Below are positions 10,094-24,573 of a stretch of 64,000 bases of DNA, one piece after another. A program made the position numbers and the translations under genes. Source of the stretch: an uncultured Chloroflexia bacterium (lineage in GTDB: Bacteria > Chloroflexota > Limnocylindria > Limnocylindrales > CSP1-4). Under the pieces are notes generated by a model. That model did not search any database, was not told the origin of the DNA, and was given only the letters and a program-made list of their open reading frames with translations. Where the stretch lies: contig CAWKHG010000006.1 in the NCBI GenBank assembly GCA_963849405.1, positions 206,891 through 270,890 of the forward strand. Direction: 5' to 3'. Position 1 is the first letter of the stretch; each line of letters starts with the position of its first letter.

Positions 10094-10840
10094 GTGCCAC
10101 TCGACTTCCTCAAGCGCAAGGGCGGCGATGCCGCGGCGCCGGCGGGACCAGCCGCCTCTTCGAACACGATGTCCGAGGAGGTCACGGCCCAGGAATACCA
10201 GCTCAAGCTGTACTACGCCGGGAAGAGCAGCGAGGGCGTCCGGATGAAGGCCGGCCCGCGCGCCCTGAGCGAGCTGCCCTCGATGCTCATCGGACTCGCC
10301 CAGAGCGAGGTCGAGGTCGTGGAGCCCCTGCCGATCGAGTTCGGCCAGGCGACGCCAAACATCTCGCGCCCGTCCGAGGCGATGCAGTGGCTGAACGCCC
10401 ATCACGAGAGCGGACCGATCACTCGCCACGCGCTCGTCGTCCTCGAATCGATCGACGCGATCGATCTCGCCTTCGACACGTTCGTGTGCGCGCTGCTCGA
10501 CGGGGAGGTCGACACGTCCGGCTACCCGGAGTACAACGCGATCATCGGCGGCGTGGCATCGCACTGGGATGAGGCGACCGGCGACATGATCGTCCGGGCC
10601 GTCGTGGGCTGGGGCGGCAAGGGCGTCCGCGGCGACACGGATCGCATCGGCGCGCGGATCCTGGGCGGCCTGTTGACGAACGTGCTCGCCAACCAGTTCG
10701 CGATGGGCATCACCCAGATCGAGCGCCCGGTCCCGGCGGCCGGCCGAGGCGGCCTCGTCTGCGCCCATTGCGGGTTCGTCTCGGGCCACGAACGGGCCTT
10801 CTACTGCCCGAAGTGCGGCATGCGCCTCCTCCGCGGCTGA
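10094..10840 (+). CDS. hypothetical protein with C-terminal zinc ribbon
   Basis: This is the tail of the spurious 1303-aa ORF 6929..10840. A GTG at 10094 gives VPLDFLKRKGG... The C-terminus carries CAHCG..(12)..CPKCG. No family recognised for the ~220-aa N-terminal part. Confidence 0.6.
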   Translation: MPLDFLKRKGGDAAAPAGPAASSNTMSEEVTAQEYQLKLYYAGKSSEGVRMKAGPRALSELPSMLIGLAQSEVEVVEPLPIEFGQATPNISRPSEAMQWLNAHHESGPITRHALVVLESIDAIDLAFDTFVCALLDGEVDTSGYPEYNAIIGGVASHWDEATGDMIVRAVVGWGGKGVRGDTDRIGARILGGLLTNVLANQFAMGITQIERPVPAAGRGGLVCAHCGFVSGHERAFYCPKCGMRLLRG

Positions 10841-10864
10841 CCGGACCCCGAACCAGACCCCCGG

Positions 10865-11293
10865 ATGCCCACCTACGACTATGTGTGTCGCGCCTGCGGC
10901 CACCGCATCGAGGTGATGCACGGGGTCCACGAGCAGGGCCCGACCGAGTGCCCGAACTGCCACGCCCACGCCATGCGCAAGGCGATCGTCTCGCCGACCA
11001 TCCTCTACAAGGGCAGCGGCTGGGCCAAGAAGGACCGCGGTTCGACCGCGCGGACGAAGGCGGCCGCGAAGGCCGATGGGGCCGACGGCGGCTCGAGCGG
11101 CGCCTCGACCTCCGGCGACTCCGGTGGGTCCGGCTCGGACAAGGGCCAGGACAAGGGGTCCGACAAGGCCTCGGACAAGACCTCGGACAAGTCCGAGCGT
11201 TCCGATAAGGGCTCCGGCTCGAGTCCGGCATCCGGGTCGTCGGACGGCGCGCACGCGTCCCGCGGTTCGACCGCGCCTTCGAAAGGGGACTGA
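10865..11293 (+). CDS. FmdB-family zinc-ribbon protein (CxxC-CxxC) with Ser/Gly/Asp-rich tail
   Basis: MPTYDYVCRACGHRIEVMH....CPNCH is the FmdB/CxxC_CxxC_SSSS signature. A low-complexity SGSDKG-rich C-terminus follows. Confidence 0.85.
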   Translation: MPTYDYVCRACGHRIEVMHGVHEQGPTECPNCHAHAMRKAIVSPTILYKGSGWAKKDRGSTARTKAAAKADGADGGSSGASTSGDSGGSGSDKGQDKGSDKASDKTSDKSERSDKGSGSSPASGSSDGAHASRGSTAPSKGD

Positions 11294-11294
11294 G

Positions 11295-11534
11295 ATGCCG
11301 AGTGCTGCCGATTGGATCAGCCTGGCCGAGGCGTCCGAGGTCCTGCGCGCGGCGAACATCCACTTCCGCCCGGCGACGATCGGCGGCTGGGCACGGGCGG
11401 GCCGCCTCCAGAGCATCAAGCTGGGTGGCCGCCGCTTCGTGCGCCGCGGCGAGGTCCGGGCGCTGATCGCGGCGCCGCGGCGGGTGCGCGCCCAGGACGT
11501 CCAGCCCGGGCTCTTCGAAGACCTCGGGACCTGA
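11295..11534 (+). CDS. helix-turn-helix DNA-binding protein (excisionase/MerR-like HTH family)
   Basis: ATG 11295 lies 1 nt after the FmdB stop, preceded by AAAGGGGA. ISLAEASEVLRAAN..TIGGWARAGRLQSIKLGGRRFVRRGEV matches the excisionase-type HTH pattern. Confidence 0.7.
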   Translation: MPSAADWISLAEASEVLRAANIHFRPATIGGWARAGRLQSIKLGGRRFVRRGEVRALIAAPRRVRAQDVQPGLFEDLGT

Positions 11535-11559
11535 CCGCCGGGGCGGCCGGACCGATCCG

Positions 11560-12427
11560 ATGACGTCGCTCCGTCAGCGGTTGGCGGCGCTCGTCGAGTC
11601 CCTGCGGCAACAGCCGCGCGTGGTCACCGCCCAGGCGGTGCTGGAGGCCTACGGCGATGCCGGCGGGGGGTTGCTGGCCGGCGGCCTGGCGTACAGCGGC
11701 CTGCTCGCGTCGCTGTCGGCCTGCCTCCTGATCGTCGGCCTCATCGGCTTCCTCGTCCGCGATCCGGTCCGGCAGGCGGCCCTCGTCGAGGAGCTCGCGC
11801 TGCGCCTGCCACCCCTGGCGGAGCTGCTCCGGACCGGCCTCGACCGCGTGGCCGACTCGGCCACCCAGTTCTCGATCCTGGGCCTGCTCGGGTTGTCGTG
11901 GGGGATCAGCCGCTTCTACGGCGACATCGACACGGCGTTCGGGCGGGTCTTCTCGGGCGTCCACCAGCGCGGGCTGCGGGCCCGACTCGTGCGCGGCCTC
12001 GTCGTGACGGGGATCCTCATCGGGGCCATCGTCGGCTCGGTCGCCCTCGGCACCGTCACCGCGATGGTGGACACGATCCTGCCGCCGGACGCGCTGCCCG
12101 TCGTGAGCGCCGCGACCTCGGTCGGCCTGATCCTGACCCCGGTCCTGCTCGTACGTCGCGAGCGTCGGGGCCATCCTCCGCTGGGTGCCCCCGGCCACCG
12201 TTCCGTGGCGCTACGCCGGGCGACCGACCGTCGTCGTGGCGCTGGCCCTCACGCTCCTGTCGAACATCTTCGTGGCCATCCAGGGACGGCTGCTCGGGGC
12301 GCTGGAGCTGTTCAGCGGGTTCGTCATCGTGCTCGCGACGATGATCTGGCTCTCCCTGGGGTTCCAGCTGCTGCTGATCGGGGCCGCCTGGGTGCGGGTC
12401 CGGCAGACGGCCGTTCGCGGCGGCTGA
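11560..12427 (+). CDS. YihY/BrkB-family membrane protein (1 apparent frameshift)
   Basis: ORF 11560..12489 (..GGLLAGGLAYSGLLASL..) continues in ORF 12185..12427 (..LSNIFVAIQGRLLGALELFSGFVIVLATMIWLSLGFQLLLIGAAW). The frame break is near 12150. Confidence 0.8.
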
Positions 12428-12478
12428 CGCGAGGAACGACGGGCGACGAGGGCCCGCGGCCTCAGGCGCGGGCGACGC

Positions 12479-14243
12479 CTAGGAGCTGACCTGGCTCGTG
12501 CCGCAGCGGCGGCAGAAGCGGGCGGTCGCCGAGAGCGGCAGGCCGCAGTTGAAGCACGCCGAGACACCGGCCTCCGGGCGGCTCAGCAGGTCGCGCGTCG
12601 ACTCGGCCCAGACGGCTTCGGCGCCGCGGGCGAGCGGCGCCGGCCAGGACGGGGTCGTCGGCCACTGCGGCTCCGGGCCGGCCGCCGCTGGCGGCGCCGT
12701 GTGCGCCGGTGCGCCGGGCGCGGGCGCCAGGTACGGGCTCTCCGGCGCGACCATCCGCCAAGACGGAGCGGGTGGCGGGGTCGGGGCCGGGGCCGGGTAT
12801 TGCGGCTGGAGGGCCGGGTAGGCGGGCGGCGTCGCGAACGAGGGCGGGGCCGGCGGGGTCGCGTACTGCGACTGGGGCGGTGCCGGGGAGCCGCGTAGCC
12901 GGACTGGAACGGCGGGTACATCGCCGGGGTCGGTGCGGGATGCGCAGGTACCGGTGCCGGGTACGGCTGGATCGGCGCGTCCGGTCCCGCGTAGGGCAGG
13001 CCGGCCGGCGCCGCGTAGGGCATCGCGACCCGCGGAGCGTAGGGCTGCTGGCTGGGTGCCTGCGGGCGACCGATGACCCCGAACGGCTGGGGCATCGACG
13101 GGTCCGCCTGCGGCCCGATCGCCGGCATACGGGAGCTGCGGCTCTGGGGTCGCGGCTGGAGTCGGAACGGGCCGGGGCATCTCGACCATCGGCGTGATGG
13201 GGGTCGACGCGATCGGCGTCGGCGCCGGGAGTTCGGGCCGGGCGCGGAACTTGTCCAGGAGGCCGTGGGTCTGCGCGGCGGCCGCGGCTGCCAGCTCGTC
13301 GGTCTCCGGATCCACCGCGTGGACCGGCGGCGCGGGCTCGGCGGCGAGGGTCGATGCGGCGACGGCGTCCTCGTCCGTCTCGTCCGCCTCGGCGGACTCC
13401 TGCGTCGGGGCTGCCAGGGCGAGGAGCGGTTCCGGCTCCGCCTCGAGCTCCGCGTCGGCGGCCGCGATCGCGTCCTCGACGTCGGGCTCGTCGGCCACCA
13501 TCGTCAGGACCGGCTCGGCTTCGGGCTCCGCAGCGGCTTCCGCCTCCATGCCGATGAGCTCCGGCTCACGCGGCGCGGGCTCGCGGTGCTTCTTGTCGGG
13601 CTTCTCGAGTCCGATCATCTCCGGGACGCTGGTGATCTCCTTCTCGGTCTCGTCGACCTTCGGAGCGCCGGCCTCGATCCGGGCGGCGGCTTCGCGCCCG
13701 AAGAGCGCCTCCAGGCGCGAGAGGGGCTTCTCCTCGACCGCGGCCGTGCCCGCGAACGGGATCTCGTCCGAGGCGATGCCGAGGTCCGTGCCGGGCCAGG
13801 CGGTCGGCGTCCGCGCCTTCGACATGGCCGTTGCCCTCGGCATGGACGTGGCCGTTGCCGACCAGGCTCGACATCCCGGCCACGGGGTTCAGGGCCGGCA
13901 GGGACGACGGGAGGATCCCGACGCTCAGGCTCGGAGCGCAGGAGAGGCAGCGGCCTTCGCGATCGTTCCAGCAGTTCTGGCAGGTGTACTGCCGGCAGGA
14001 CATGCAGAAGTTGAACGTCTTGTGGAAGGCATCGAGCTGCTCGACCGAGGTCTCGCGATCGTCCACGCTGCGGGCGTCGGCCAGGGCCTCGTCGAGGGAG
14101 GTCTCATCGCTCAGGACGTAGTTCTTGAACCCGCGCGAGAGCACCTTCATCTTCGCGAGGCGCCCTACCTTGGGCGCAGCCGACTGGAAGGTGTAGCGAG
14201 TGCCACAACGCTCGCAGAACGATTCGGTGAGGATCTCGGGCAT
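12479..14243 (-). CDS. Pro-rich protein with N-terminal and C-terminal zinc-ribbon motifs (about 3 apparent frameshifts)
   Basis: The start MPEILTESFCERCG..(Cys-rich: CMSCRQYTCQNCW..CLSC) comes from ORF 13566..15191. The Glu/Pro-rich middle and the end ..CFNCG..FCRRCGTSQVSS come from ORF 12479..13843. A P/Q/Y-rich stretch comes from ORF 12583..13128. Frame breaks lie near 13810, 13130 and 12900. Confidence 0.6.
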
Positions 14244-14453
14244 CGTGTTTCCGCTGGGTATTCCACACGCTCGACGGCACGTCGCCTGCGCGGGAGCGAG
14301 AGTATACCGCAGGGTCATGCCGGTACTCCCCATCGCTGGTACCCCGGTCCCGCACCGATGGTCCGGGCTCGAACGGGCCGCTGCTAGACTCAGGGCCGGC
14401 CGCGGATCCCGTCCGGATCGGCGCCCGCCCACCCTGCCGACGGAGGCGACCCG

Positions 14454-14690
14454 ATGACCGGTCCTGCCGACGCCCGGCCTCCGGAGGGCTCCGCCGACGA
14501 GCCGGCGCGGGAGCGGCGGCCCTGGATCGAGCGGATCGGCCTGGCGGGCATCGCGATCGTGCTTGGCGGCCTGTTCGCGTTCATGGCGCTGGCCGCCTGG
14601 TCGGGCGGCGAACCGTTCCTGGCGGTGATGGGCGGGATCGGCTGCCTGATGACGTTCTGGGTCGGGGCGATCACGCTCGTCAACGGCTGA
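14454..14690 (+). CDS. small hypothetical membrane protein
   Basis: 78-aa ORF with two hydrophobic helices (IGLAGIAIVLGGLFAFMALAAW; AVMGGIGCLMTFWVGAITLV). A TGcTAGACT extended -10-like box lies at 14382..14390. Confidence 0.4.
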   Translation: MTGPADARPPEGSADEPARERRPWIERIGLAGIAIVLGGLFAFMALAAWSGGEPFLAVMGGIGCLMTFWVGAITLVNG

Positions 14691-14739
14691 CGCGCTCCCG
14701 CTCGGCGCTGCGACGCTCCGGGCTGCCGCCACCGCCGCG

Positions 14740-16766
14740 TTACTCCCGGGCGAGCTGGCGCCAGACCCGCAGGACCTCCGCCACGGACCAGGCCTGGGCC
14801 GGGCAGCCTCGTGGCGCATGAGGTGCGTCGCCGTCGAAGATCTCCGAGATCGAGCCCTGTCCGGCGTCCGCCAGGTGCGCCTCGAACGGGCGCAGGACCG
14901 AGAGCGCGGCGGCGCGATCGGAGGTGACCCGCTCGATCGCCTCCGCGTACGCCCCCATGAGCCAGGCCCACGCCGTGCCCTGGTGGTACGCGCCGTCGCG
15001 CGCCTCCCGGTCGCCGGCGTACGTCCCGAGGTAGGCCGGGTCGTCCGGGGAGAGCGTCCGCAGGCCGTACGACGTGTGGAGCGACCGCCCGACCGCGGCG
15101 AGGGTCGAGCGGGCCTGGTCGCCCTCGAGGAGCGGGAAGTGGAGCGACAGGGCGAAGACCTGGTTCGGGCGGAGCGCGACGTCGTCCCCATCGGACCCGT
15201 CCACCACGTCGGCGAGATGGCCGAGCTCCGGCCGCCAGAACCGGCGCCGGAAGCTCTTCGCCACCTGCTCGGCGAGGGTCATGTACGCCTGGCCGGTCGC
15301 GTGGTCGTTGGCGCCGAGCAGCCACGACCCGACCGTGACGAGCGCGTTGTACCAGAGTGCGTTGACCTCGACGGGCTTGCCCACCCGTGGTGTCACCACC
15401 CGGTCGTCGATCCGGGCGTCCATCCAGGTGACGGCCACGCCCGGTTCGCCTGCCCGCAGGAGCCCGTCCGCGTGGTCCACCCCGATCCCGTGGCGCGTCC
15501 CGGCGACGTGGGCGTCCACGATCGAGCGGACGACCGGCAGGAGCTCGTCGCGCAGGGCGTCGTCGCCGGTCGCTTCGTGGTAGGCGCGGATCGCCTGGAT
15601 GTACCAGAGCGCCGCGTCCACGGTGTTGTACTCGGGCGTCACGCCGGCGACCGACGGGAAGTCGTTGGGGAGCAGCCCGTCGGCGATCCAGCGGCCGTAG
15701 GCCCGCAGGATCGCGGCCCCCTCGGCGGCCCGCCCGGTCGCGAGGGTCAGGCCCGGCAGCGCGATCATCGTGTCGCGGCCCCAGTCGTTGAACCACGGGT
15801 AGCCGGCGATGATCGAGCGTCCCTCTCCGTCGGCCAACGGGTCGCCCTCGCCCTGGGCGACCGCGTCGCGGCGGACGATGAACGCATCGGCCGCCATGAC
15901 CAGCTGGCGCACGAACGGCGACAGGCGGTCGCCGCCCGCCGCGCGGATGAGGTCCGCGTCATGCCCGTATGCGGCGTTCAGCGCGGCCTCGCCGTCGAGG
16001 TCGGGATCGTCCTCGGCCGACAGGACGAGCGTCCACGATCGGCCGGGCCGGAGCGTCGCGTGGAACGTCCCCGGGAGGTACAGGTCGCTCAGGTCGGGTT
16101 CGCCGCGGGCGGTCTCCTCCCGGTGGCGGAAGCCGATCCACCAGGCCCCGTCGGCGGTGACGTCGGCGTCCGGAGCGAGGACCCGGATCGTGGTCGCGTC
16201 GTCGGCGAAGCGCACGAGCAGGCCGCCCTCGATCCGGTCGACGGCAGGCGCCGGGCCGGCCCGCGTCGCCCCGTGGAGCTCGCGGTCCGTGGTGAGCGGC
16301 GAGACCGTGAGCTCGACCGGCCGGGACCCGCGGGCGAGCCGGTAGCGGACGTACGTCGTGTTGGCTCCGCGCTCCATCCAGACGCGCCGCTCGACGACCT
16401 GGTCCTCGATGGCGAAGCGCCAGGCGGGCATCGAGCCGTCGAGCAGGAACGATTCCTGGAGCTCCCAGCCCCGCCCGTCGATGGTCCCGTCGGCGTACTC
16501 GTGGGCATCCAGGGCGAACGTCCGGCCGCCGACCGCCAGCCGCTCCACGAGGCCGCCGACGAGCATCCGCCGCCCGACCGGCGGCTGGGTGGCCGCCACG
16601 AGCCAGCCGTGATAGCTCCGCGTCCCGAGCCCGGCGAGCGTGCCCATCGCGAAGCCGCCGATCCCGTTCGTGACCAGCCACTCGCGCCGTGTCGCGGCTG
16701 CGAGGTCGCCCAGGATCGCCCGACCGTGCGCGACGAGCGGGACGCCGGCCGGCTGCGGGCCGGCCT

Positions 16767-16770
<4 letters not shown>
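14740..16770 (-). CDS. glycogen debranching enzyme, archaeal-type / amylo-alpha-1,6-glucosidase family
   Basis: Intact 676-aa ORF with ..[32 protein letters not shown].. (GDE_N) and a C-terminal GDE_C-like barrel (..[16 protein letters not shown]..). The GTG start overlaps the upstream gene's stop (GTGA at 16767..16770). Confidence 0.85.
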
Positions 16771-19546
<2,776 letters not shown>

Positions 19547-19747
19547 GGCACCGGCATCATGCGTCCGACCGTCCGGGTCTGCCAGCGCGGGGCGACCGAT
19601 CGGCAGATTCGTCGGTGCTGTCCGGCACAACCGCGAACCCTCCAGCGTCTTCGGACGTACTATCCCGTGACACCTGCGGCCCGGGCCCCAGCCCTGACCG
19701 GACCCGCGCGGCCTTCTGGGGGGCGCGCTCACCTGGCGAGGAGCCTC

Positions 19748-20737
19748 ATGACGAAGATCCAGGAATCCGGCGAGAGGGTCGTCGCGAACGTCGAGCGAGT
19801 CATCGTCGGCAAGCACCACGAGGTGCGCCTGGCGCTGGTCGCCCTCCTGTGCCGCGGCCACCTGCTCATCGAGGATGTGCCCGGGACCGGCAAGACGATG
19901 CTGGCCAAGGCCATCGCCCGCAGCCTCGGCTGCAGCTTCCGGCGCATCCAGTTCACCCCGGACCTGCTCCCGACCGACGTGACCGGGCTGTCGATCTTCA
20001 ACCAGAAGACCCAGGAGTTCGAGTTCCGGCCGGGCCCGATCATGGCCCAGGTGGTCCTCGCCGACGAGATCAACCGGGCGACGCCGAAGACCCAGTCGAG
20101 CCTGCTCGAGTGCATGGAGGAGCGCCAGTCGACGATCGACGGAACGACCTACATGATGCCCGACCCGTTCCTCGTGATCGCCACCCAGAACCCGATCGAG
20201 TACGAGGGCACGTTCGCCCTTCCCGAGGCCCAGCTCGACCGGTTCCTGCTGCGCATCCGCCTGGGCTACCCGCAGCCGATCGAGGAGATCGTGATCCTCG
20301 ACGAGCAGAAGCGGGCCCATCCGCTCGACGAGATCGAGGTCGTCCTGGCCGTCGAGGAGCTGCGCGACCTCCAGACCGCGGTCAAGGAGATCTACGTCGA
20401 TTCGACGGTCAGCGACTACATCGTCCGGCTCGTCAACGGCACCCGCAACCATCCGGACGTGTACCTCGGCGCGTCGCCGCGCGGGTCGCTCGCCCTGTAC
20501 CGGGCCGGCCAGGCGATGGCCGCCCTGCTCGGTCGCGACTACGTCATCCCGGACGACATCAAGGCGCTGGCCGAGCCGGCCCTCGCCCACCGGCTGATCA
20601 TCAAGACGAGCTCGACGATCCACGACGTCCAGCCGGGCCAGGTCGTCCGCGAGCTCCTCGACACGACGCCCGTCGAGGGCATCCGACCCCAGGGTCGCGG
20701 GACCGGCCCACGCTCCCTCGCCGCGACCGACGCGTAG
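19748..20737 (+). CDS. MoxR-family AAA+ ATPase
   Basis: ATG 19748 is preceded by GAGGAG. Walker A is DVPGTGKT, Walker B is [10 protein letters not shown], and ..[26 protein letters not shown].. is present (AAA_3/MoxR). Confidence 0.92.
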   Translation: MTKIQESGERVVANVERVIVGKHHEVRLALVALLCRGHLLIEDVPGTGKTMLAKAIARSLGCSFRRIQFTPDLLPTDVTGLSIFNQKTQEFEFRPGPIMAQVVLADEINRATPKTQSSLLECMEERQSTIDGTTYMMPDPFLVIATQNPIEYEGTFALPEAQLDRFLLRIRLGYPQPIEEIVILDEQKRAHPLDEIEVVLAVEELRDLQTAVKEIYVDSTVSDYIVRLVNGTRNHPDVYLGASPRGSLALYRAGQAMAALLGRDYVIPDDIKALAEPALAHRLIIKTSSTIHDVQPGQVVRELLDTTPVEGIRPQGRGTGPRSLAATDA

Positions 20738-20800
20738 CGACCAGGCAGCGCTCGGGACGACCGACATGAGCCGCCGGATGCCGGACGCCGGGATGCCCCA

Positions 20801-22041
20801 GTGATCCGGCGTCTCCAGGCCCTGGTCGTGGCCACGGTCGCTGCTCGTCGCCGCGTTCTCGACCGGCGAGCCCTTCCTCTTCTACCTGCTCTACCTGGGC
20901 GTGCTGGTCGTCGGCGGGAGCTACGTCCTCACCCGCCTCGGCCTGAGCGACCTGGAGGCCGGCTACGCGGTCAACCAGCTCCACGGCCGGGTCGGCGACA
21001 CGCTCCGCCTGACCTACACGCTGCGCAACGCCGGCCGCATCCCCAAGCCCTGGCTGGAGGTCAACAACCCCACGAACCTGCCGGGCGGGCTGGCCGGGCG
21101 CGCCCTCTCGCTCGCACTCGCGCGGCGAGCGGTCGTGGGTCGTCAAGACGCCGCTGGCGAGGCGCGGTCACTTCCGGATCGAGCCGCTCCAGATCCGGAC
21201 GGGCGACCCGTTCGGGCTGTTCGAGGCGTCGGCCGCCGTCGGCCAGGGCCTGACGCTCGTCGTCTACCCGCGGGTCGAGCGGCTGCCGATGTGGCGCCTG
21301 CCGGCGGCCAACATCGAGGGCAGCCACTCGGCGCCCGAACGGACGCTCCAGACGACGCCGCTCGCGACGACCGTCCGGCCGTACGCCCCGGGCGACAGCT
21401 TCAACCGGATCCACTGGAAGTCGACGGCCCGCCACGGCGAGATCCAGGTCAAGGAGTTCGACCTCGAGCAGACCTCGGACGTGTGGATCTTCCTGGACCT
21501 CGACCGGCGGGTGCAGGCGGGCAAGGGCGACGAGTCGACCGTCGAGGTCGCCGTGCGCGCCGCCGCCTCGATCGCCGATCGGGGATTGCTCGAGAACCGC
21601 GCGGTCGGCATCACCACGAACGGCCACCGCGCGGCGATCCTGCCGGCGGACCGCGGCGGCCGGCAGCACCTCAAGATCATGCAGCTCCTCGCCGCGGTGG
21701 ACGCGGACGGATCGGCTCCGCTGGCGGAGGCGCTCGTCAACGGCCTGGCGCGACTCCGGCGGGGGATGACCGCGGTCGTCATCACGTCGTCACGCGACCG
21801 CGGCTGGGTGCGCCCGCTGGCCGCCCTGCGGACGCGCGGCGTCGCCTGCGTCGTCGTCCTGCTCGACGCCCCGAGCTTCACCCGCCACGCCGAAGGTGAT
21901 AGCGCCCCGGAGCCCGACCCGCTCTCGCTGGCCGCGCGTGACCAGGAGACGCGCGCGCTGAGCCACGCGCTCTCGGAGTACGAGCTCAAGGTCCACCGGG
22001 TCAGTGCGGGCCGGCCCCTCGCCGAGGCGCTCAAGGGATGA
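20801..22041 (+). CDS. DUF58 domain protein (MoxR partner), 2 apparent frameshifts
   Basis: ..VRPYAPGDSFNRIHWKSTARHGEIQVKEFD.. is the DUF58 signature (ORF 21289..22041). The N-terminal TM part comes from ORFs 20801.. and 20901... Frame breaks lie near 20840 and 21120. The start is uncertain. Confidence 0.8.
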
Positions 22042-24514
22042 GCAACAACGGCCGCGGCTCGGCGCCCGATCGCACATCCGCATCCGCGACCTCGTACGTG
22101 CCGCGGTCCGAGACCCCGTATCGCCCGTGGACCGAGACGGCGGCGAACGCGGCGCCCAAACGGCGCGGGATCCCGCTCGCGCCCGAAGAGGGCTGGTTGA
22201 CCGTCATCCTCGTGGTCCTCCTCGTCATGCCCATCGCCTGGTCCATCGATGACGCCCGCTGGGTGCTCGGCGACGCGCAGTGGACGCGGTTCCTGCCGTG
22301 GACGGTCCTCGGCGGCGCGGCGTGGGGGATGTACGGGGCCAAGGTGGGCTGGGGCCGCTGGACGACCCACCTGCTCGGCGCCGTCGTGGCCGCGATCGTC
22401 GTCCCGATCTTCGTCGGCACCGTCCTCATGACGACCCCGGGCGGCTCACCGGGCGTCTGGTTCCACGCCACCGCGGACGCCGCCGTGGAGGCCGTCCTCG
22501 ACTTCACGGTTCGCAACCGGACCGTGACGAGCCAGCTCGGCCATCACCTCCTGATCCTCGGGCTCCTTGCTGGGCGACGGCCCAGTTCGCCGGCTTCGCG
22601 GTCCTCGGCCACCGGCGGCCCCTCGGGGCGGTCTTCGTCACCGGGCTCGTGCTCCTGCTGAACATCGCGATCACGATCCGGGACCAGTTGCCGTTCCTGG
22701 TCATCTTCACCTGCGCGGCGCTGCTGCTCCTCGTCCGCGTCCATGCCGACGACGAGAAGGCGAGCTGGCTCCAGCGCCGCATCGGCGATCCGTCCACCGT
22801 GACCGGCCTGTACCTCCGCGGCGGCACGGCGTTCGTGACGATCGCGATCCTGGGCTCGCTGTTCCTCACCTCGACCGCGGCGTCGGCGCCGCTCGCCGGG
22901 GCGTTCAGCGGATTCAGCGACAAGCTGGTCTCGATCGGCCAGGAGATCCAGCGGTTCTTCCCGGTCGGCGGGCCGGGAACCAAGATCACCGGGGTCAGCT
23001 TCGGGCCGGCCGTGACGATCCAGCGGAAGTGGGAGACGAACCAGGTCGAGGCGCTCACGATCCAGGTGCCGGTCGGCGACCTGACGCCGTACTACTGGAA
23101 GGCCGCGGCATACGACACGTTCGATGGGCGGACGTGGCTCTACGCCTCCGACAACGTCAAGTTCGACAACCCGGCGGGATCCTCGATCCTCGAGGGCACC
23201 GGCGACCAGGTGCCGTCGCCGGAGCTGCGCAACACCCTGACGTTCAAGGTCACGAAGGTCGACTTCAGCGGGCGGACCGTCTTCGCGCCCGATGCCATCC
23301 AGTCGATGGACCTGTCGACGAAGCTCACGGTCGTCGGCTCCGAAGGCTACTTCGGTGGGCTCGAGGCGAACGACAGCTTCACCTCATACACCGCCACGGC
23401 CCTCGTCCCGCGCATCGCGAACGATGGCTTCACGGCGAACAAGCTCCGCGCTGCGTCGGCCGACTATCCGGCCGAGATCCGGGCCACGTACCTGCGCCCG
23501 ATCGCGCCCGACGTCCTGGGCCCGTACAGCAGGCAGCTCATCGACGAGATCAAACGCGCGGCCCTCGACGACTGCCTGGCCCGGAGCACCAGGCAGAAGG
23601 ACCCGGCCGCGTTCTGCGCTACCAACGCCTACGACCCGTACGACCTGGCCGAGGCGGCCAAGGCGGTGCTCCGGTCCGACGAGTTCCGCTACGACACCGA
23701 CATCTCGGACCTGGAGTGCGAGAACGTGAGCACGGTCGAATGCTTCGCGCACTTCAAGCGCGGCTTCTGCCAGCAGTACGCCACGACGATGGCCGTGGTC
23801 CTGCGGGACCTTGGCGTGGCCACCCGGTACGTGCAGGGCTGGCTGCCCTCCACCCCCGATGCGGCCGGCGTCGAGAAGATCCTCCTGAGCAACTCGCACG
23901 CGTGGGTCGAGGTCTACTTCCCGGGGTACGGCTGGTACGTCTTCGACCCGACCGGCAACGGCACGACCCAGCCGGCTGCGCTCATCCCCGGGGTCCCCGT
24001 CCCGTCGGCCTCGGCGGCTCCGTCGTCGCCTCGTCCGAGCGGCCGGGACGGCGCGGTCTTCGAGCCGCCCGATCGGACCGGCCAGCCCGGTGCCGGGGGA
24101 GTCGTGACGACGCCTCCCGCCTCGTCCAACGGGCCGTTCATCGTCGTCGCGCTGATCCTCATCTTCGTGGTCGGCCTGCTGGCATTCGTCGCCTACCAGC
24201 GCGGGCCACGGGGGCCCACGCAGGCCGAGACGGCCTGGTCCGCTTTGGTGCGTTTGGCCGGGCGGTTCGGCTGGGCGCCCCGGCCCACCCAGACGCCGTT
24301 CGAGTTCGCTGGCGCCCTCGGCGAGGTCCTGCCCATCGCCCGGGCCGATCTCCAGACCGTGGCCGCGGCCAAGGTCGAGGTCGCGTACGGCCGCAAGACG
24401 CTCGATCCCGACCGGCTCTCGGTCCTCCGGGTCGCCCAGCGCAAGCTCCGGGTCACCCTCCTGCGGCTCGCCTTCCGGCGGCCGAAGCGCAAGGGCCGCG
24501 TCCGCCGGATCTGA
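22038..24514 (+). CDS. transglutaminase-domain membrane protein (TgpA-like), 1 apparent frameshift
   Basis: ATGA overlap with the DUF58 stop. A multi-TM N-terminus is followed by the transglutaminase core ..RGFCQQYATTMAVVLRDLG..NSHAWVEVYF..GWYVFDPT and a C-terminal TM plus DUF4129-like tail. The frame break is near 22565. Confidence 0.85.
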
Positions 24515-24573
24515 ACCTCGGGCGGCCGGTCCGCGCCACGACCGCCGTCGGCGGATACTTGGCGGGTCCGCGC

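Noticed and set aside
6929-10840. Very long ORFs such as 6929..10840 (1303 aa), 4703..6769 (-), 23384..26245 (-), 45696..47741 (-), 52343..54217 (-), 53988..56564 (+) and 48882..51215 (-)
   Set aside because: Their translations are Arg/Pro/Gly/Ala-rich low-complexity strings with no recognisable motifs. Each lies antisense to, or out of frame with, a gene that has clear family signatures. In very GC-rich DNA stop codons are rare in all six frames, so such ORFs are expected artefacts. Only the last 747 nt of 6929..10840 look like a real gene.
11295-11534. Excisionase-type HTH as a marker of a prophage or integrative element
   Set aside because: No integrase, tRNA or attachment site, phage structural gene or compositional break is visible nearby. 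The gene is embedded in an operon-like arrangement with an FmdB-type protein, so it is more likely a chromosomal regulator.
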